Translations under genes and position numbers: made by a program
The notes under the pieces: generated by a model
Database searches by the model: none
Seen by the model: the letters and a program-made list of their open reading frames with translations, nothing else
Told to the model about the DNA's origin: nothing
Shown here: piece by piece, positions 60,751 through 64,000 of the stretch
Layout: each line of letters starts with the position of its first letter
Position numbering within the stretch: the first letter of the stretch is position 1
Source: Alphaproteobacteria bacterium
GTDB taxonomy: Bacteria; Pseudomonadota; Alphaproteobacteria; JAAXGF01
Assembly (NCBI GenBank): GCA_963555825.3
Contig: CAUVXB020000002.1
Span: forward strand, 1,664,001-1,728,000
Direction of reading: 5' to 3'
Length of the DNA stretch: 64,000 nucleotides

Positions 60751-63439
60751 ATGTTACGCAGGCGTTCATATAATTTACTCTTCGGCTCGGCTTTTTGGCT
60801 GGCGTGCCTGTTCGCCGGGCCGGCCGAGGCGGCGCCCAAGATCACCTGGACGACCCCATCGCTGGTGCACACGTTGGAGACCGGCAAGTTCACCACCCTG
60901 ACGGTGACCTTCTCGGTGTCGGAGAAGGTCAACAATCTCGACGTCGAGGTCGAGGTGGTGCCGGCGCTGGCGCCGTTCGTGACCGTCTCGCCGACGTCGT
61001 TCGAGAGTCTGGCGGGCGGCGAGAGCCACGATCTGCAGATCCTGTTGACCGCGCCGCTGGCGTTCCCGCCCGGCGTCTACACGGGCACGCTCAAGCTGGG
61101 CCAAGTCTCGGGCGGCACCGCGGCCAAGCCGCTGCCGATCGAGTTCACCATCACCGCCGACATCGACATCCCGGTGGTGACGATCGACGACCCGGCCGAC
61201 GGCAGCGTGTTCGGCGCCGACGATACCGTGGTGACGCTCGCCGGCACGCTTGACGATCCGTTCGCCAGCCTCGCGGTCGACGGCCAGCCGGTCGCCGTCG
61301 CGGACGGGGTCTGGACGCATGACGTCACGCTCACCGAAGGCATCAACTTCATCACCGCCGTCGCGACCGACCAGGTCGGCCTGATCGGCACCGCCGCGGT
61401 CGAACTCACGCTCGACACCAACCCGCCTGTCGTGGCCATCGATTCGCCGGCCGACGGTGCGGTGGTGCACGACGCGACGATCGCCGTCGCCGGCCTGATC
61501 AACGACATCGTCGCCGGCACCGTCGGCGGCGCCGAGGCGAGCGTCACGGTCAACGGCGTCGCCGCCGAGGTCGGCAACCGCAGTTTCCTGGCGACCGGCA
61601 TAGCGCTCGTCGCGGGCGCCAACACGATCACCACCGAGGCGGTCGACGCCGCCGGCAATACCGCGAGCGCGAGCATCACCGTGAGCTTCCAGCCGCTTAT
61701 CGGCGTGGCGCGAATCTTCGCCGTCTCGGGCGACGGCCAGCAGGGCCAGATCGCCGGCACGCTGGCGGCGCCGCTGGTCGCCGAGCTGCGCGACGACCAG
61801 GACGCGCCGGTCGAAGGCGTCGTGGTCATCTTCAAGGTGGTCGAGAACAACGGCACGGTCACCAACGCGGGCGAAACCGCGCGCGGTCTGGCGGTAACGA
61901 CCGACGCGTTCGGCCAAGCCCAGGTCGATTGGACGCTGGGTTCGCGCGCCGGCGCCGGCAACAACCAGGTCACGGCGACCGCGGTCGGCTTCACCGGCGC
62001 GGCGGTCTACCACGCCATCTCGGACCCCGGCGCGCCGTTCAAGCTGGTGCTCGACGACGGCAACAACCAGACCGGCGCGACCGGCCAACCGCTCGCCGGC
62101 GCCTTCGTCGTCGTTGTGACCGACGTCGGCCACAACCGCATTGAGGACGTCCCGGTGACCTTCGAGGTGGTCGAGGGCGAGGGCCGCTTCAACGAGTTCA
62201 CCGTCCATACCGTCGTGAGCGACAGCCAGGGCCGCGCGGTGGCGCTGCTCAAGCTCGGCGCGGAGGAGGGCATCGAGAACAACGTCGTCACCGCGTCCTT
62301 CCCGGGCAACCCCAACGAGGTCGTCACCTTCGTCGCCTCGGCCAAGGTCGCGGGCGATCCTGCGTTGACCGCGATCACCGGCGTCGTGCTCGACAACACC
62401 GATGCGCCGGTCGCCGGCGTGACGCTCAGCGTCGCGGGCACCGCGCTCGCGGCGGTGAGCGACGCCCAGGGCCAGTTCACGATTCCCGGCGCGCCGGTCG
62501 GCGCGGTGCTGCTGATCGCCGACGGCGCGACGGCGACGCGGCCCGGCGTCTGGCCGCGCCTCGAGTTCGAGCTGGTCACCGTGGCGGGCCGCGCGGTCGA
62601 CCTCGGCATGCCGATATTCATGCTGCCGCTGGAAGAGAACAACCTCTTGTGCGTCGACGCGACGACCGGCGGCACGCTGACGCTGCCGGCCTTCCCGGGC
62701 TTCGCGCTGACCGTCGCGCCGGGGTCCGCGAGCTTCCCCGGCGGCGCCGACGCGGGCTGCATCGGGGTCACCGTCGTGCACGCCGACAAGGTGCCGATGA
62801 CGCCCAACTTCGGCCAGCAGCCGCGCTTCATCGTCACGATCCAGCCGGCCGGCGCCCATTTCGACCCGCCGGCCGCCTTGAGCCTGCCCAACTCGGACGG
62901 CCTGGTGCCCGGCGAGATCACCGAGATGTACTCGTTCGACCACGACTTGGGCCAGTTCGTCGCGATCGGCACCGGCACGGTCGCCGAGGACGGCCTGACG
63001 ATCACCTCGGACTCGGGCGTCGGCGTCATCAAGGCCGGCTGGCACTGCGCCGGCAACCCGAGCGCGACCGGCACCTGCGAGCCGGTGAGCGTCAGGATCA
63101 CTACCCAAGGATCAATTTTGCTTGCACCAGGTATCGTCGGCGCAACCGGGATGATTACGGCGCAGGGCACGCCCGGGGAGGGGAGCTACAGTTGGACGTC
63201 GAGCGACGGTGCGGCGATCGAGTTCGTCTCGGGGCAGACCGCTGCCACCGTAACGATCAGGCTTCTGGAACCGAAGGAAGTGACGCTGAGAGTGAGTTTC
63301 ACCGCGGAGTCGGGCGCCCCCTCGAACGTGGCGACGATCCAGGTCATTCCCGTCGCCATGAAGCTGGAGCAGGTCGGCCTTACCGTGATCAGCGAGGACG
63401 AAATTGGAAGATTTACGGAAGACACAACGGTTCGAGTTA
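60751..63439 (+). pseudogene. Large secreted Ig-like repeat protein with carboxypeptidase-regulatory-like domain, interrupted by IS630
   Basis: Signal peptide (AEA), P.V.IDxPADG repeats, SGDGQ/DGNNQ invasin-like Ig units, ITGVVLD..PVAGV; ORF runs into the IS end at 63440. Confidence 0.8.
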
Positions 63440-64000
63440 TACCAACGGCACTAATTATTGACCTGAAATCGCCCAATCTCTCATTCCGATGGACATGATC
63501 GTCTCGGGCTGGTCGATTAGTTTGTTCCAGGCTTGGCAACCGGCCTCGATGATGGCGTCGTAATCTTCGAAGACGCGGTTAGAGAGCCAATTCTGGCGGA
63601 GGTATTGCCAGATGTTCTCGACCGGGTTCAGCTCGGGCGAGCGCGATGGCAGCAGGATGATGGTGAGGTTCTTGGGGACCTTGAGCTGGTCGGTGCTGTG
63701 CCACCCGGCGCGGTCCATCAGGACGACGCCATGGGCCTTGGCGGCGACGTTGCAGCTGATCTCGTCGAGATGCATCTGCATGGCGGCTGTGTTGGCGAAG
63801 GGGAGCATGAGAGCGGCACCCTTGGCTCCCATGGGACAGATTGCGCCAAAGAGGTAGGCGTTCGTGTAGCGCTGATCGGCGGGCAGGCGTGGCCTTGTTC
63901 CCTTCTTCGCCCAAATGCGCACACGCCCGTTCTTCTGTCCCAGCCTGGCCTCGTCTTGGAACCAGATCTCGACCCGCTTGGTCTTGGGCAGACCGGCTAG
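63440..64000 (-). mobile_element. IS630-family element type C (partial, runs off window)
   Basis: WFQDEAR, MDRAGWH, PSRSPELNPVENIW; end TACCAACGG preceded by TTA. Confidence 0.9.

Overview
High-GC alphaproteobacterial (Rhodospirillales-like) chromosomal window in two parts. The left part (1-27 kb) is a core-gene tract: comF, nitrilase-family amidase, DUF1178, ubiG, lysC, rodZ-like, ispG, hisS, glutamyl-tRNA reductase, prfA, prmC, DUF4167, clpB. Between DUF4167 and clpB sits an ~8.5 kb formyl-CoA (probably oxalate) cluster: TctCBA transporter, GntR regulator, ThDP enzyme, frc, a formyltransferase and a CBS protein. The right part (27-64 kb) holds ten IS copies, five broken genes, a nested IS stack, and a 16.6 kb inversion (38398-55029) revealed by swapped 14-bp target duplications. 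The best candidate for an undescribed system is the stand-alone ALDH1L1-N-domain-like formyltransferase directly behind frc; it could move formyl groups directly between formyl-CoA and tetrahydrofolate (inference). Other signals: three G-bulged hairpins in the clpB leader, a dispersed repeat with an inverted and amplified arm, a MITE sharing TWA|TACCA ends with IS630-like elements, and internally multiplied envelope proteins (M23 x4, AsmA x3). All family calls come from motif recognition by eye; no database search was run.
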